A stretch of 64,000 nt of DNA, from assembly GCF_006345805.1 (NCBI RefSeq), contig NC_043001.1:133486001-133550000 (forward strand). The letters are read 5' to 3'. The notes under the pieces were generated by a model. That model did no database searches. It saw only the letters and a program-made list of their open reading frames with translations, and was not told the origin of the DNA. The position numbers and the translations under genes are program-made. Shown piece by piece: positions 12,315 to 25,134 of the stretch (within the stretch, counting starts at the first letter, position 1; each line of letters starts with the position of its first letter). The stretch is from Octopus sinensis (taxonomy: Eukaryota).

Positions 12315-13090
12315 GAAAGCCTAAAATTTTTCATTAAATCCATTAAAATATTAATAATAAATATTATTTCCTAGTCTAGGAACAACAAAACAAGCGTAAA
12401 ATAGCAAAAAAGCATATACAAGGGTATTTGAACTTAAGACGGGCTGTGATTGGTGCAATGGAGAGAGATGGCGAATTTCAGCTTTCTATTTTGTAATCTG
12501 GCCTGTCTAACAGTAACAATCTTTATTTTTTAAAATCTAAAGTGTTATTGCTTAACAGTTGTCCTTGTTATTAATAGACTACTGTAATATGTGGGATGTT
12601 AACAGTACAGGGAGGGTTTTAAAAGTCCAAATACGCGTGAAAAAAAACCCTGTAAATATGGTGTCCCTACTTCGCGGAAACTCAATTATCGTGGCCGGTC
12701 TCGGAACCAATCTAGCGCGATAAACGCGAATAAATCACTGTATTTATTCTCTGCCCTTATTAATACTGGAATGCATCTTAAAAGAAAAATCACAATTGCT
12801 GCAGCTATTCTTGTGTTTTTTGTTGCGTGGCCTGAGCGTGAGACATAAGATTTCGAACGCGACTGTAATTGTATTCAAGGATTTTTTAATGTGTATGCCT
12901 ATCTGTGTGAATGTGTGTGTGTGTGTGTGTGTTTAAATTCTGTCGAGAACGACTTTTCCTTCATCCTGTAGGAGGTTGATGAAATAAATACCAGTTACGC
13001 ACTGGTGTCGATGTAATCGACTAGTCTCCTACCCCAAAATATCACATTTTATAGAAAGGACAACAAATGACATAATAATAATATTGATGT

Positions 13091-13557
13091 CATTTACATT
13101 ATTTACATTTGACGGATATTTGTCCTCATCTTGTTTGTTGTTAATACAACGTTTCGGCTGATATACCCTCCAGCCTTCATCAGGTGTCTTGGGGAAATTT
13201 CGAACCTGGGTTCTCATTCCTGAATTAATTTTCGATGTTGTTGTTATTATCATTCAGATCACTGCCGGGAATCGAACACGGAATTTCGGAGTTAGTAGCT
13301 TGCGCTCTTAACTACTACGCCATATGCCCACAAACAAATGGCGTAGTGGTTAAGAATAATAAAAACAACAACATCGAAAAATACCTTAGAAATGAGAACC
13401 CAGTTTCGAAATTTCCCCCAAGACACCTGACGAAGGCTGGAGAATATATCAGCCGAGACGTTGTGTTAACAACAAACAATATGAAGACAAATATCCCTCA
13501 AATTTAAATAATATAAATAATGTACATAATTCCTCAGCTCTTAAATATAGAACTGTA
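13091..13557. mobile_element. Family F inverted pair with tRNA-derived head
   Basis: Minus arm 13091-13326 (head + hammerhead region), plus arm 13335-13557. Confidence 0.8.
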
Positions 13558-13981
13558 TTAATAATAATAATTTTTTCTGGAAGATCGAATGTGTTAAATA
13601 AATGATATTTTTGAAATATTGTAGAAATGGGGATTACCTGAGTACCTATCATAATCGGAGCCATCTGGATCAATCGTTTGGAAAGGTGAAGAGAGAAATC
13701 AGCTGCTTTAAAGTGAAGCTTCTTTGGTAAGCCAATTGAATATTTAATCTATTCGGTGTGTATAGTATGCTTATATATAGTCTGTAAAATAACACCCGAA
13801 ATAAAATTATATACCCCGAAGATAAAAGGAAAATACCTGTTTACCTGCATATTCATCTTTATACACCCACATACGCACTTATACACATGCGTGTGTATGT
13901 ATGTATGTGTGTGTGTGTGTGTATGTATGTGTGTGTGTGTGTATGCTTATTTGTGTACAAGTGGGTATGCATGTGTGTGTG

Positions 13982-14020
<39 letters not shown>

Positions 14021-14638
14021 CGGCATATTGATTTCTAACGATAAAGTTTTTAGGAAGGCTACAATGCTCCTTCTTGTTCGATGGTCACCATTTGTTGCGG
14101 TTGAAATTGATTTGGTAAACAATGTTATGGAATGACGATGCCAGCTGTTGTGAGGTTAAACACTTTTGTTATGGTAGCATGTTGTCAGATGTGAAGTTGT
14201 AATATGTGAAAGATGCACAGTTTTAAGGAAATATTTATTTAAAGTTACGTTACAAATACCTTGCATCGACGAGCAGGTCTTGATACGTCCAAAGTCGACC
14301 TCGGCGGAATTTGAACTCAGAACATGAGGACGGACGAAATGCCGCTAGGTATTTTGTCCGGCGTGCAAACATACTGATTTGTGAGAGGATTTGGTAGACT
14401 GATTATTATTATTATTATCATTTATCGTCCTTTCTAAAAGACGGCGTGCTGGCAGAATCGTTAACCGTCCTTACGTTCTAAGTTTTAATTCTGTCGAGGT
14501 CGATTTTTCCTTTCATCCTGTCGAATTCGATGAAATAAATACCAGTTACGCACTGGTGTCGATGTAATCGACTAGTCCCCTCCCCCAAAATTTTACATTT
14601 TATAGAAAGGACAACAAATGACATAATAATAATGATAT

Positions 14639-15105
14639 CATTTACATTATTTACATTTGACGGATATTTGTCCTCATCTTGTTTGTTGTTAATACAACGT
14701 TTCGGCTGATATACCCTCCAGCCTTCATCAGGTGTCTTGGGCAAATTTCGAACCTGGGTTCTCATTCCTAAAGTATTTTTCGATGTTGTTGTTATTATCA
14801 TTCAGGTCACTGCCGGGAATCGAACTCGGAATCTTGGGGTTAATAGCCCGCGCTCTTAACTACTACGCCATATGCCCACAAACATATGGCGTAGTGGTTA
14901 AGAATAATAAAAACAACAACATCGAAAAATACATCAGGAATGAGAACCCAGGTTCGAAATTTCCCCCAAGACACCTGACGAAGGCTGGAGAATATATCAG
15001 CCGAGACGTTGTGTTAACAACAAACAATATGAAGACAAATATCCCTCAAATTTAAATAATATAAATAATGTACATAATTCCTCAGCTCTTAAATATAGAA
15101 CTGTA
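14639..15105. mobile_element. Family F inverted pair with tRNA-derived head (duplicate of 13091-13557)
   Basis: Minus arm 14639-14874 with A box TGGCGTAGTAGTTAAG and B box GAGTTCGATTCCC; plus arm 14883-15105. Confidence 0.82.
14691..14736 (-). ncRNA. Putative minimal type I hammerhead ribozyme (family F); homologues at ~403-447(-), ~643-690(+), ~13145-13190(-), ~14970-15014(+)
   Basis: GACAC-CUGAUGA-AGGCUG(GAGGGUAUAU)CAGCC-GAAA-CG-UU^-GUAUU. Stem II is 5 bp, stem III is the palindrome ACGU, stem I is GACAC/GUGUU in plus arms (one mismatch in minus arms). Confidence 0.72.
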
Positions 15106-15801
15106 TTAATAATAATAATTTTTTCTGGAAGATCGAATGTGTTAAATAAATGATATTTTTGAAATATTGTAGAAATGGGGATTACCTGAGTACCTATCAT
15201 AATCGGAGCCATCTGGATCAATCGTTTGGAAAGGTGAAGAGAGAAATCAGCTGCTTTAAAGTGAAGCTTCTTTGGTAAGCCAATTGAATATTCGGTGAGT
15301 ATAGTATGCTTATATATAGTCTGTAAAAATAACACCCGAAATAAAATTATATACCCCGAAGATAAAAGAAAAATACCTGTTTATCTGCATATTTATCTTT
15401 ATACACCCACATACGCACTTATACACATGTGTGTGTATGCTTATTTGTGTACAAGTGGGTATGCATGTGTGTGTGTGATAGTCTTGTTCTTGAATATAAT
15501 TATATACATATTGAAACTAGACACGTGCATTCAGGTTCTACGACTTAAGGTACGCTTGTTAACTAGTTATATAATTCATTCTTGTCAAAACATTACAAAC
15601 AAACCGATTTGTTAAGATTGTACTGCGACATCATATGACACGTCATTCCAATTATGTGGAGTGAATGTCTTTTACAAAACCACTACGACACGATTCTTAT
15701 AAATATTCGAGTGTTTAATGTATTTCTGAAGGGCATCATCCCATTGTACAATATATTATCTAGTGTATATAAATTACAGTATGTGTGCGTATATTGACCA
15801 T

Positions 15802-15975
15802 AGGGCGCAGCAGTGGCTGTGTGGTAAAAAGCTTGCTTCCCAACCACATAATTCTGGGTTCAGTCCCACTGCGTGGCACCTTCAGCAAGTGTCTTCTACT
15901 ATAGCCTCGGGCCGACTAAAGCCTTGAGATTGGATCTGGTAGACGACGGAAACTGAAAGAAGCCCGTCGTATATA
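15802..15975 (+). mobile_element. SINE family A, 5' half
   Basis: Same head and body, ending in the internal (TA)n tract. Confidence 0.85.
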
Positions 15976-16040
15976 TATATATATATATATAAATATACAG
16001 AGAGAGATGGAGAGAGATGGAGAGAGAGAGAGAGAGAAAG

Positions 16041-16106
<66 letters not shown>

Positions 16107-16156
16107 AACTTACTTGGAAGAGAATGCGTAGCGTTCAATCATATAATATACATATT

Positions 16157-16237
<81 letters not shown>
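15970..16237. repeat. Compound (TA)/(GA)/(GATA) microsatellite
   Basis: Read directly. Confidence 0.95.
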
Positions 16238-16240
<3 letters not shown>

Positions 16241-16889
16241 TTGCTATGGGCGAGCTAACTCTATGCCCATAGCAATATCATATCGTCTCCACTATTTCAG
16301 TATTACGTGTTAAAAGTGAAACAAAAACATTTCTCTATTTTATGTCAGATACTTTCACTTTAACAATAAAAATGATAATAACAATTGAATTATATGTAGT
16401 AAGTAATAATTAAAATCAAACTAAAGTATAATATAATCGTAACATAACAAAAGTAAAAATAGCAATTGGTATAAAATTGCATCAATGACTTGAACTTGAA
16501 TAAGTGGTTTCACATGAATGGGAATAAATTGAAAATAAAATTAGCGTGCAGAAATGGAATAGTCCAGATGGAGCTGTGCTTTTACATTAGATTATCTGCT
16601 AATTAGCTAGCATTAAGTATCTATATGAAGTTTGGCTGTATGTAATATCTGTTTTCTCGAACAGCCGCTTCTACAGAGAAAGGTTTGTTGTTATTATTAT
16701 TATTGTTTAACTATTGTTATCACGTTTGTTGGTTCCTCGTAAAGGAAACATTGTTGTATTGCATTTGTTAAATAATTGTAAACTGTAACACTCACCCTTT
16801 GGGAGAAGGAGCTTTGGTTATTGTTTAAAAATTGAATTATGTCCCTGTTTGGGGAAATTGACAATATTTTCACCGTTTATACGGAAGCA

Positions 16890-17450
16890 TTTTTGTTAGA
16901 ATGCCTTCGATAGAAGAAAGTCCAAAAATGAATTTCGCTGCAGCCGTCGGTGGGCGCGAACTCATTGAAATTAAAATGGAAGAAATACGGATTGATCACC
17001 GACAAAGACGGTGAATCTAGGATAATACCACCAAAGGAAATAAAAAATTAAATTAAAGAAAAGACTATTGTCTATAAAGTATACAATGTAGAGAAAAAAA
17101 AAGATTTGATCACCTGGAGGAAAGCACCATCGAAAAGTGTCTTGGTGCGACTATGAAAGATATCTAACTAGAGGCGGTAAATTCGCCACAATAGAAGCAA
17201 GATTCGAGTCAACGGAGCGTGCAAGGGAGTACTCGACTCGAACCTTGCAAAGTGGAAATATTTTATTTTTACCTTTATATTTGGGACGTAGGACGTCCCG
17301 GATAAAAATTTAAAATGTCTCCCCCCCCCCCAGCAGAAGTAGAGGTAGGCTGGATTGTAGCCACACTTCTATACAAGAGGGAGGACAAGATACAATTGAT
17401 CGAAATTGCAAGAGACGGGCCTACAATTCCAGTCTGTTATATATTTTGAG
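16890..17450 (+). pseudogene. Degenerate LINE ORF1 homologous to the 40678 ORF
   Basis: TRGGKFATIEARFESTERAREYSTRTLQSGNILFLPLYLGRRTSRIKI aligns with SRGVKYATVWLLFDSTQEACDFASQLLEGEEIMFLPSYCEKKLLRAWI. Confidence 0.65.
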
Positions 17451-18758
17451 TATTGCTATCACTAGCGATATTTGTATTGTGGCATACACACACGCATGCA
17501 CCTTTCCTCAGCGCCTGGCCTTACGCACGCATCTGCACAAATGGTACATGCACACAAAAATGCTATCTCTATGCAGTTTTAAAAGATGTTTATTTACTTG
17601 ACCGGTTTCACTTTTTTAGGAGAAGATTGTCAAAAGTAACATGTAAAGGCTTTGTTGTGTTAAGTACTGGTTGCCACAAAAGTATTTAAATACATGTATA
17701 CATTCTTTGATAATAATAAGAAAATGTTAAAAACAGTTTACGAGAAAGTATTTAAGAAAATATTCAACAAAATGTATTGGGAGTTCAATATAAATCATGT
17801 TTGTTTGGTAGTATTATATACACAGAAGGAGATATATTTAAGAACCAACCTGTCTTTTTGGCATTTTTTCTATTTTGTGTGTAGCTAAGGAATGTTTGCT
17901 ATTTTAAGGGACAGTGTGGGAGATTGATTGGAGTGGGGAGGAAGGAGGGGCAATGTGGAATTAAAAGGATTTTTTTGTTTCTGGGCTAGTCTGTCATGGT
18001 TCAGTGGTTTCTAGGACTGGTCTTAGAGGTTAGAATGGTGTGAGTATGTGTGTCTCTGTGCACGTCTCTATGTGTGTATGTATATACATGTGTTTGTGTG
18101 TGTGCAGTTTTTGATTGGTCCCAGAGTTCATTGTGGCGTGTGTATATGGGTCTGTGTGTGTTTTATATTTGGTAGGATGGTGTGTGTATATGTGTGTATG
18201 TTTGTGTGTGTGTATGTGTGTGATTAATATTTGTTAGGACGTTGTGTGTGCGTATGTGTGTGTGTGTGTTTGTACGCGTTTGTGTATGTGTTTGTTCGAA
18301 TGTGTGTATGTGTGCGTCTGTTGGTGCGTGTGTATGTTTGTGTGCTTTGTGTTGGTGGGGATGTTGTGTGTGTACGTGAGTCTGTATATACGAGAGTCTG
18401 TGTGTACGTGAGTGTGTGTGTACGTAAGTGTTTGTGTGTGTCTCTGTCTGAGTATGTTTGTGTTGTTATAATTGTCTTGGTGGTGTGTGTGTCCTGGTGG
18501 TGTATATGTATGTGTCTCTCTCTCACTATATCAACCTCTTTTTCTCTCTAGAGGAAAAACACGAGAGACGGCCGGAAAAAGGGGGTTACGGAGAAAAACA
18601 AGTGTCTATATGTTCCTCTCTATGTCTCTATTTCACTCTCTCTCTCTCTCTCTCTCTCTCACACTATCTCTACCTCTTTTTCTCTCTAGAGAAAATACGT
18701 GAGACAGAGGGGGTTAGCGAGAAAAAAACAAGTGAGACAGATGCGGGATGGAGGTAGC

Positions 18759-18863
18759 CACATCTATAAATCTATCGACAAAGTTGTTGACGAGAACGAT
18801 GCTGTTCATTATCCTGTTGAACTCCTCAACAGTCTGGAACCGTCCGGTATGCCGCTACACAAT
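18759..18863 (+). pseudogene. Helitron Pif1-helicase coding fragment
   Basis: [35 protein letters not shown] matches the recalled YPxEFLNSLxxxGxPPH motif of RepHel helicases. Confidence 0.78.
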
Positions 18864-18868
18864 AGGCC

Positions 18869-19252
18869 TGGAAGCACTCCGTCGGTTACGACGACGAGGG
18901 TTCCGGTTGATCCGATCAACGGAACAGCCTGCTCGTGAAATTAACGTGTAAGTGGCTGAGCACTCCACAGACACGTGTACCCTTAACGTAGTTCTCGGGG
19001 ATATTCAGCGTGACACAGAGAGTGACAAGGCCGGCCCCTTGAAATACAGGTACAAGAGAAACAGGAAGTAAGAGTGAGAGAAAGTTGTGGTGAAAGAGTA
19101 CAGCAGGGATCACCACCATCCCCTGCCGGAGCGTCGTGGAGCTTTTAGGTGTTTTCGCTCAATAAACACTCACAACGCCCGGTCTGGGAATCGAAACCGC
19201 GATCCTACGACCGCGAGTCCGCTGCCCTAACCACTGGGCCATTGCGCCTCCA
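18869..19252 (-). mobile_element. SINE family B, full length
   Basis: Reverse complement of the 8942 copy; the two flanks belong to different transposons. Confidence 0.92.
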
Positions 19253-19474
19253 CCCAAGGCCTTAACTACATTAGATATCATCTGGGCGTATCATCAGGAA
19301 GCCGACATCAGAATCAGTGGAGGTCTGCTTCAGTTGTGTCATCACCCCGTAGACAGCTCCCTATTCTTTTCCAGCAGGTTGTTGAGGACAACAACAAAGT
19401 TATAGATAGAGTTCAATCGGGTACTGTTAGGGACCACCAGTCTCCTCTTCAACGCGTCCAGAATGCTGTATGCC

Positions 19475-19704
19475 TATTTCTTTATTATCCACAAGGGGCT
19501 AAACACAGAGCGGACAAACAAGGACAGACATAGGTATTAAGTCGATTACATCGACCCCAGTGCGCAACTGGTACTTAATTTATCGACCCCGAAAGGATGA
19601 AAGGCAAAGTCGACCTCGGCGGAATTTGAACTCACAACGTAGCGGCAGACAAAATACCGCTAAGCATTTCGCCCGGCGTGCTAACGTTTCTGCCAGCTCG
19701 CCGC
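19475..19704 (-). mobile_element. SINE family E inserted in hAT transposase
   Basis: TSD AGAATGCTGTATGCC at 19460-19474 and 19717-19731; the transposase frame resumes across it. Confidence 0.92.
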
Positions 19705-20400
19705 ACCTTGGGCAAAAGAATGCTGTATGCCACCACCCTGCTGCGGTTCTGCAGATTCCACAGCTACTGTGCTTTGAACATGACCTTCCTGTAGGCCAAC
19801 TTGAACGAAGCGCTATCAAGAGCCTTGTCGGCATCCACGCTGGCTACCAAGTTGAAGGCATGGGCTGCGCACTTCATGTGCACTGACAGGTTGAGGTCCA
19901 GGCCACTGGATTCGTCCAGGCCACTGGATTCGACATCAACAGAGATATACTCAACTTCGTCCACATCCCCACCCTCAGGATTCACGTCCAGATCCACATC
20001 CTCGACGCCCTCCACGTCCGGATCGGCAGCAGCCTCAGCAATGTCAAACAAGAAACCAACTTCTATACCATACTGCATAAGTGCTTTGACAAATTTTTGC
20101 TGTTGTCTGTCGTGGTCCTGGTCACCTTGTTTTGCAGATGGAACTTGTAATGGATGTCCACCATGGCCTGGGCGAGAACAGCAAAGGTGTGATGTCCTTT
20201 GAGTCGAGAGCGGGCCAGGACGGCGCGTTGTCTCATGCGGGCCTTGGAGTCCGGCCAGTGTGCTGTCATCCCTAGCCACGACCTGTTGTGGCCCGACCAG
20301 TAGTCTGCGATGGTCGCATCCAGGGGACATCCTGGAGCAGTCTAATTAAAAAAATCTTAAATTGAAAAGTGACATAAAATTGTAAGGTTAAAAACTTGAA

Positions 20401-20444
<44 letters not shown>

Positions 20445-20660
20445 TGTGTGTGTGTGTGTGCGTATGTGTGTGTGTGTGTGTGTGTGTGTGAACTGACGCA
20501 GAGTATGATCAAAGCTTACTAAAAAAAAAAGCTAGCTTCTCATCCGCATCTCTACGCAAGCTTCAATGGTTTTTGCGAGAACATAGTTTGTACAATCTTT
20601 CGCGGGTAGGAAGGAGGCAGGACATTTGATCGTAGTATCTTATAACTATGTTTTAGTTAT

Positions 20661-21090
20661 AGGCGCAGGCGTGGTTGTGCGGTAAGAAGCTTGCTTCCCA
20701 AACACATGTTTCCAGGTTCAGTCCCACTGCGTGGCACCTTGGGCAAATGTCTCTTACTATAGCCTCGTGTCGACCAAAGCCTTGTGAATGAATTTGGTAG
20801 ACGGAAACTGAAAGAAGTCCGTCGTATATATGCGTGCGCGCGCGTGTGTGTGTATGTATGTATGTATGTATGTATGTATGTATGTGTGTGTCTGTGTTTG
20901 TCCCTCCATCATCGCTTGACAACCGATGTTGGTGTGTTTACCTCTCCGTAACTTAGCAGTTCTGTAAAAGAGACCGATAGAATAAGTACTAGGCTTACAA
21001 ATAATAAGTCCTAGGCTCGATATGTTCGACTAATGACGGTGCTCCAGCATGACCGCAGTCAAATGACTGAAACAAGTAAAATAATAAAAG
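20661..21090 (+). mobile_element. SINE family A inside the hAT intron
   Basis: Full head, body and tail, more diverged. Confidence 0.88.
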
Positions 21091-21376
21091 GAATAAAATC
21101 ACACAGATTGTAGTTTAACATTTGTTACTAGGCTGTTCTACATTCAGGGAAATATTGCTTATAATTTAAAGCCTTGTTATTAAACTTTTGAAAATAGTGA
21201 CACTAGCCTGATAGGTGACATGTTGGGTGTGGGTGGGGTGAATAACAGAGATGGGGGATGGAATGATGGTCGGAATTTGATAAGTTCAGAACTTAAGGTT
21301 AGTTTTTTCATTTTTTCATTAAAGACTGCTGTTTTTGCTGTGCAGACTTAATCGTGTGGAATAGATATATATCGTA

Positions 21377-21772
21377 TCTTTATATATAAAAGTAAGGTTG
21401 TGTGCTGTCTGTCTCCTACGATTTAGATTCCTAACTACTCCCACATTTGCGGTGCAGTTTAACCAAAACCGGGTATCTTATAGTCGTGATTCATATCGAG
21501 CCCTTCTGGATATTAGCGCGCGTCTACGATGAGTCTACGATTTAAAAAAAAAATTACCATCAATTTTTCCCATATTTTATGCATTTTTGGCATATATAAG
21601 GGAAGTAACTCTCTAAAAATTTATTATTAAATCTCAGAACGTAAAACGCTACAGTAACACCCACCCCCTTGTGGTTAGCCATATTGAGATGGCTATTATA
21701 CTTAACATCTCTAAAAATGCTTATATAGTTATTTCCCTTACAAACCCGAGCAACGCCGGGCGATACTGCTAG
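21377..21772 (+). mobile_element. Non-autonomous Helitron in the hAT intron
   Basis: 5' TC(TTTATATATAAAAG), 3' hairpin CCCGAGCAACGCCGGG then CTAG, inserted between A and T. Confidence 0.85.
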
Positions 21773-23499
21773 TATTATATATTATGGCATTTGTTTCAAT
21801 TAGCTATTATACATTTTATTATGTTAATTAAGAAAATAATTACTCAATAAATAATTAAATTAATAATTAAATTTAGAAAATATTAACTATGCCGTAATAA
21901 TTTGATAAAACTTGTATAATTTTAATTTATAAATACCTTGTAAGATACTCCTCTTAGCTGTTTATGGCTGGCCAAGATCATCCTGCCCAGGGTGCGGCAG
22001 GACATCGACGTCTTGCTGGGGTTCAGCGTCTTGATCAGGCCGACAAAAGCGGGGGATTGCACTGCATACAGCGGTAGCATGTTGTCGACAAACAGGTCTA
22101 CAATCCTTCTGTCCACCATAGACTGACGGACGCCAATGCCAGCAGTTTGGGCAATTGCCTCGCCAATGCTGGGCTGGCTTGCTTTCTTTGCATATAGCTG
22201 CGACGATTGGCTACTGGCACTGCTATCGGAAGATTGCCTGTGTTTTCCACGGAAAGAGCCAGCCTTGACCCTCTCCTCAAACTGGATGGCATGCGCTGAG
22301 TGTTTCCTCTTGACATGCGACCTCAAGTTGTAGGGGCTCGCCGCTTGTCCCTTGATGGAGGTCTCCTTGCACGGGCACATGACGCACCGGAAGTACAAGA
22401 TTTTGGCGTTCCTCTTATCCCTTGACGTAAGGACAAAGTAGTCCTTCGGGTGGGGGCCACGGGTTCTGAGACTCCTTGCACTCAACCTGAGCGACCACTG
22501 TCTCACCCACAGCCGTTGCAGACTCCTCAACAGGCCTTTCATCTTCAGGCCGAACAAAAAAGTCTTCACCTTCCATAACGATAAGCGATAACTTGATAAG
22601 CTGATAACGTACACGGTTGTCGCTGACACTAAGACTGTCTGAAATGTGACAACGTCGTAAGTGAACACAACTCAAAACTGCAGAAATACACAATGTTCTT
22701 CAGTAGCTGCTGCTACGTCGACCAATCACGTCTTGTCACGTGTGCATGTAGTCAGCCAATAGCGTGCCTGGTGGATTCTTCGAGACACGCCCGCAACAGA
22801 CAGGAACAGACGTATAAATTTTGTTAGCGGGCTTAAAGTTAGCTAAACTAAATTTAGCGAAAGCTAATTGGTCCGCTAAGTGTTTCTGAAGTGAGTGAAA
22901 ACGCTAATCCGATAAAAGAAAATTAGCTCTTAGCCTTGAATGTATGCACTTGTTATTATGTGCACGATGTGCAGGCCTTGCAACAATGACTGATATCAAG
23001 TACAAGTTTAAAGGTGGTTGAAAGCTTGAGACTAATGATAATTTAATGGGAAGTGTTACGGTAACAACCAGAGTATTGTATGCCGAGTCCTGAAAAGAAT
23101 TTCAGGCGCTTCAAAAGGTAGATGTCAGAAGGGGTGAGGTTTGATTGTCTATTTACAAGCCATTATAAAGGCTGGGTTGAAAGAGAATCAGACAGAAAGA
23201 AGAGAGCACAGTTTAAACAAAGTTGTTTTTGTATTACAATGTCCTTTTAATAAAAAAAACAAACTATATGAACTTGTATACTACTGGTGCTTAAGTTCAA
23301 CTCTGGTGAAGTAAAAAGAAGAGTAATAGGAGCAATAACAGTTACAATAATAATAACATTAATTATACTCGTCATCGTCATCGTCATCATTTTTATTATT
23401 ATTATTGTTTAGGCGGCGAGCTGGCAGATTTGTTAGCGCGCCGAACGAAATGCTTATAAGCAAAATAAAACTGATTAATATAACAGAACGGATGACACA

Positions 23500-23705
23500 C
23501 GCAGTTTGTCGAGTGGTACCCGCGTGGGCGGAAAAGACCACCCGGAAGACCTCCACGACGGTGGAGTGACGATTTCAAGAGGACGATTGGGATCACGTGG
23601 ATGAGAAAGGCGCGATCCAGAGAGGAGTGGACAGCGTGCTGTGACCAGTGGTGTCAAATGGACGCCTGACGCACTGGTCGGTCAAAGTGAAATTCAAAGT
23701 GAATA
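23500..23705 (+). mobile_element. RTE-clade LINE 3' end
   Basis: EWYPRGRKRPPGRPPRRWSDDFKRTIGITWMRKARSREEW; short AAAGTG repeat tail. Confidence 0.8.
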
Positions 23706-24380
23706 ACAGAACGTGAAGATAACCAAAACCCTATTCTCAATGAATAAAGAAACAATAAATACTAGAGGCATAAGGCCTGAAGTTTTGTAGGGAGGAAGAT
23801 AGTCGATTGCATTGACCTCAGTAATCGACTGGTACTCATTCTGGGTGAATGGGGGGCGGTTGGGGGGGATATTTATTTATTTATTTATTGTTTGTGTTTT
23901 TCTTCATAAGTTTGTGAAGAGAGGAAATACAGTGTCGACGTCTTCCGCGGATTCCCCACCCAGACCAGTGTAATTGGTGTGGTTAATGTACAGCCTGAAC
24001 AATTGTAGATCAATCTCTCAAAGACTAATTTGATTGATGTGATTGGTGTTCAGTCTGAACATCCGCAAGTCAATCTTCAGTGAACAGTAGAAGCACATTT
24101 GACTGAGAGGAATGCCGAGACACAAGTGGAGCGGGTTTAGTGTGGGTCACGCCTGGTTATGTTGGCTGCTAAATGCGTGTCGTGAGCTCAGTGTGGGTCA
24201 TTCGGGTCGCGTTTGGTTCCAAAGCTAGCTTTGCTGTGCAGACAGCCTCTATGAGAATACTTTCGGTTTTCAGAGCTTATCTGTTTCCGTAATTTCGGAT
24301 AAGAGATTGTGTGGATGTAACAGTCAGATCCTGATCTATTGTTACACTTGGCGCCAGCATGTGTGTCTCAGATACCGATG

Positions 24381-24754
24381 TTTTACTCTTTTACTCTTTT
24401 ACTTGTTTCAGTCATTTGACTGCGGCCATGCTGGAGCACCGCCTTTAGTCGATCAAATCGACTCCGGGACTTATTCTTTGTAAGCCCAGTACTTATTCTA
24501 TCGGTCTCTTTTGCCGAACCGCTAAGTGACGGAGACGTAAGCACACCAGCATCGGTTGTCAAGCAATGCTAGGGGGACAAACACAGACAAACACACACAT
24601 ATATATATATACATATATACGACAGGCTTCTTTCAGTTTCCGACTACCAAATCCACTCACAAGGCATTGGTCGGCCCGGGGCTATAGCAGAAGACACTTG
24701 CCCAACCATGTGGTTGGTTAGCAAGCTACTTACCACACAGCCACTCCTGCGCCT
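24381..24754 (-). mobile_element. SINE family A with internal deletion of the B box
   Basis: Junction CACTTGCCC|AACCATGTGG lacks the ~30 nt carrying the B box. Confidence 0.88.
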
Positions 24755-25134
24755 ATATGTTTGTGTATGTTTGTTTATTGTAATCTTTGTACAGTTCTCA
24801 CATTTGGGAATAAAATTGTAATCATCAGCCCCTTCTCTTACAGTCAACAAATATTACCCTTGTCGACTAAATTGTTTTGTCGTGAAATAATCTAGCTCAA
24901 ATTGGAGTTCGTTCCATGATTGCATTCTGCGTGCTTGTTTCCTATGTCTACTCTGTAAATGCGATTAAAAGGCGTTGTCTTTGAGAATGAATGCAATATA
25001 GCCACAATATTTGAATCGATTGCATTCCCTTGTTTTTACTTTTCTCTGGAAACGATATTAATAAGTAAAATGTGTATGCATGTGCGCGTGGGCGTGAGAC
25101 ACAGAGAGAAAGAGTACATATATATATATATATC

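Larger units (their letters stand above)
12933..15478 (+). repeat. Local direct duplication, units 12933-14018 and 14484-15478
   Basis: Collinear unique and repeat sequence at an offset of ~1.55 kb. Confidence 0.9.
19262..22576 (-). pseudogene. hAT (Ac-like) transposase pseudogene: exon 1 22576-21937, intron 21936-20342, exon 2 20341-~19262
   Basis: BED finger (NPWP...CVMC...NLRSHVKRKH), FVDNMLPL..V.SPAF, IADYWS (first D), TTDN (second D), CAAH, PNSTRLNS. Frameshifts and stops present; C-terminus missing. Confidence 0.88.

Noticed and set aside
12600-12745. Tigger-like terminal sequence ending ...CACTGTA
   Set aside because: Only one end is visible and there is no matching TIR.
24340-24360. 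TGTTACA-CT-TGGCGCC as an LTR end plus primer-binding site
   Set aside because: No second LTR, TSD or gag/pol sequence found; the motif is too short to support alone.
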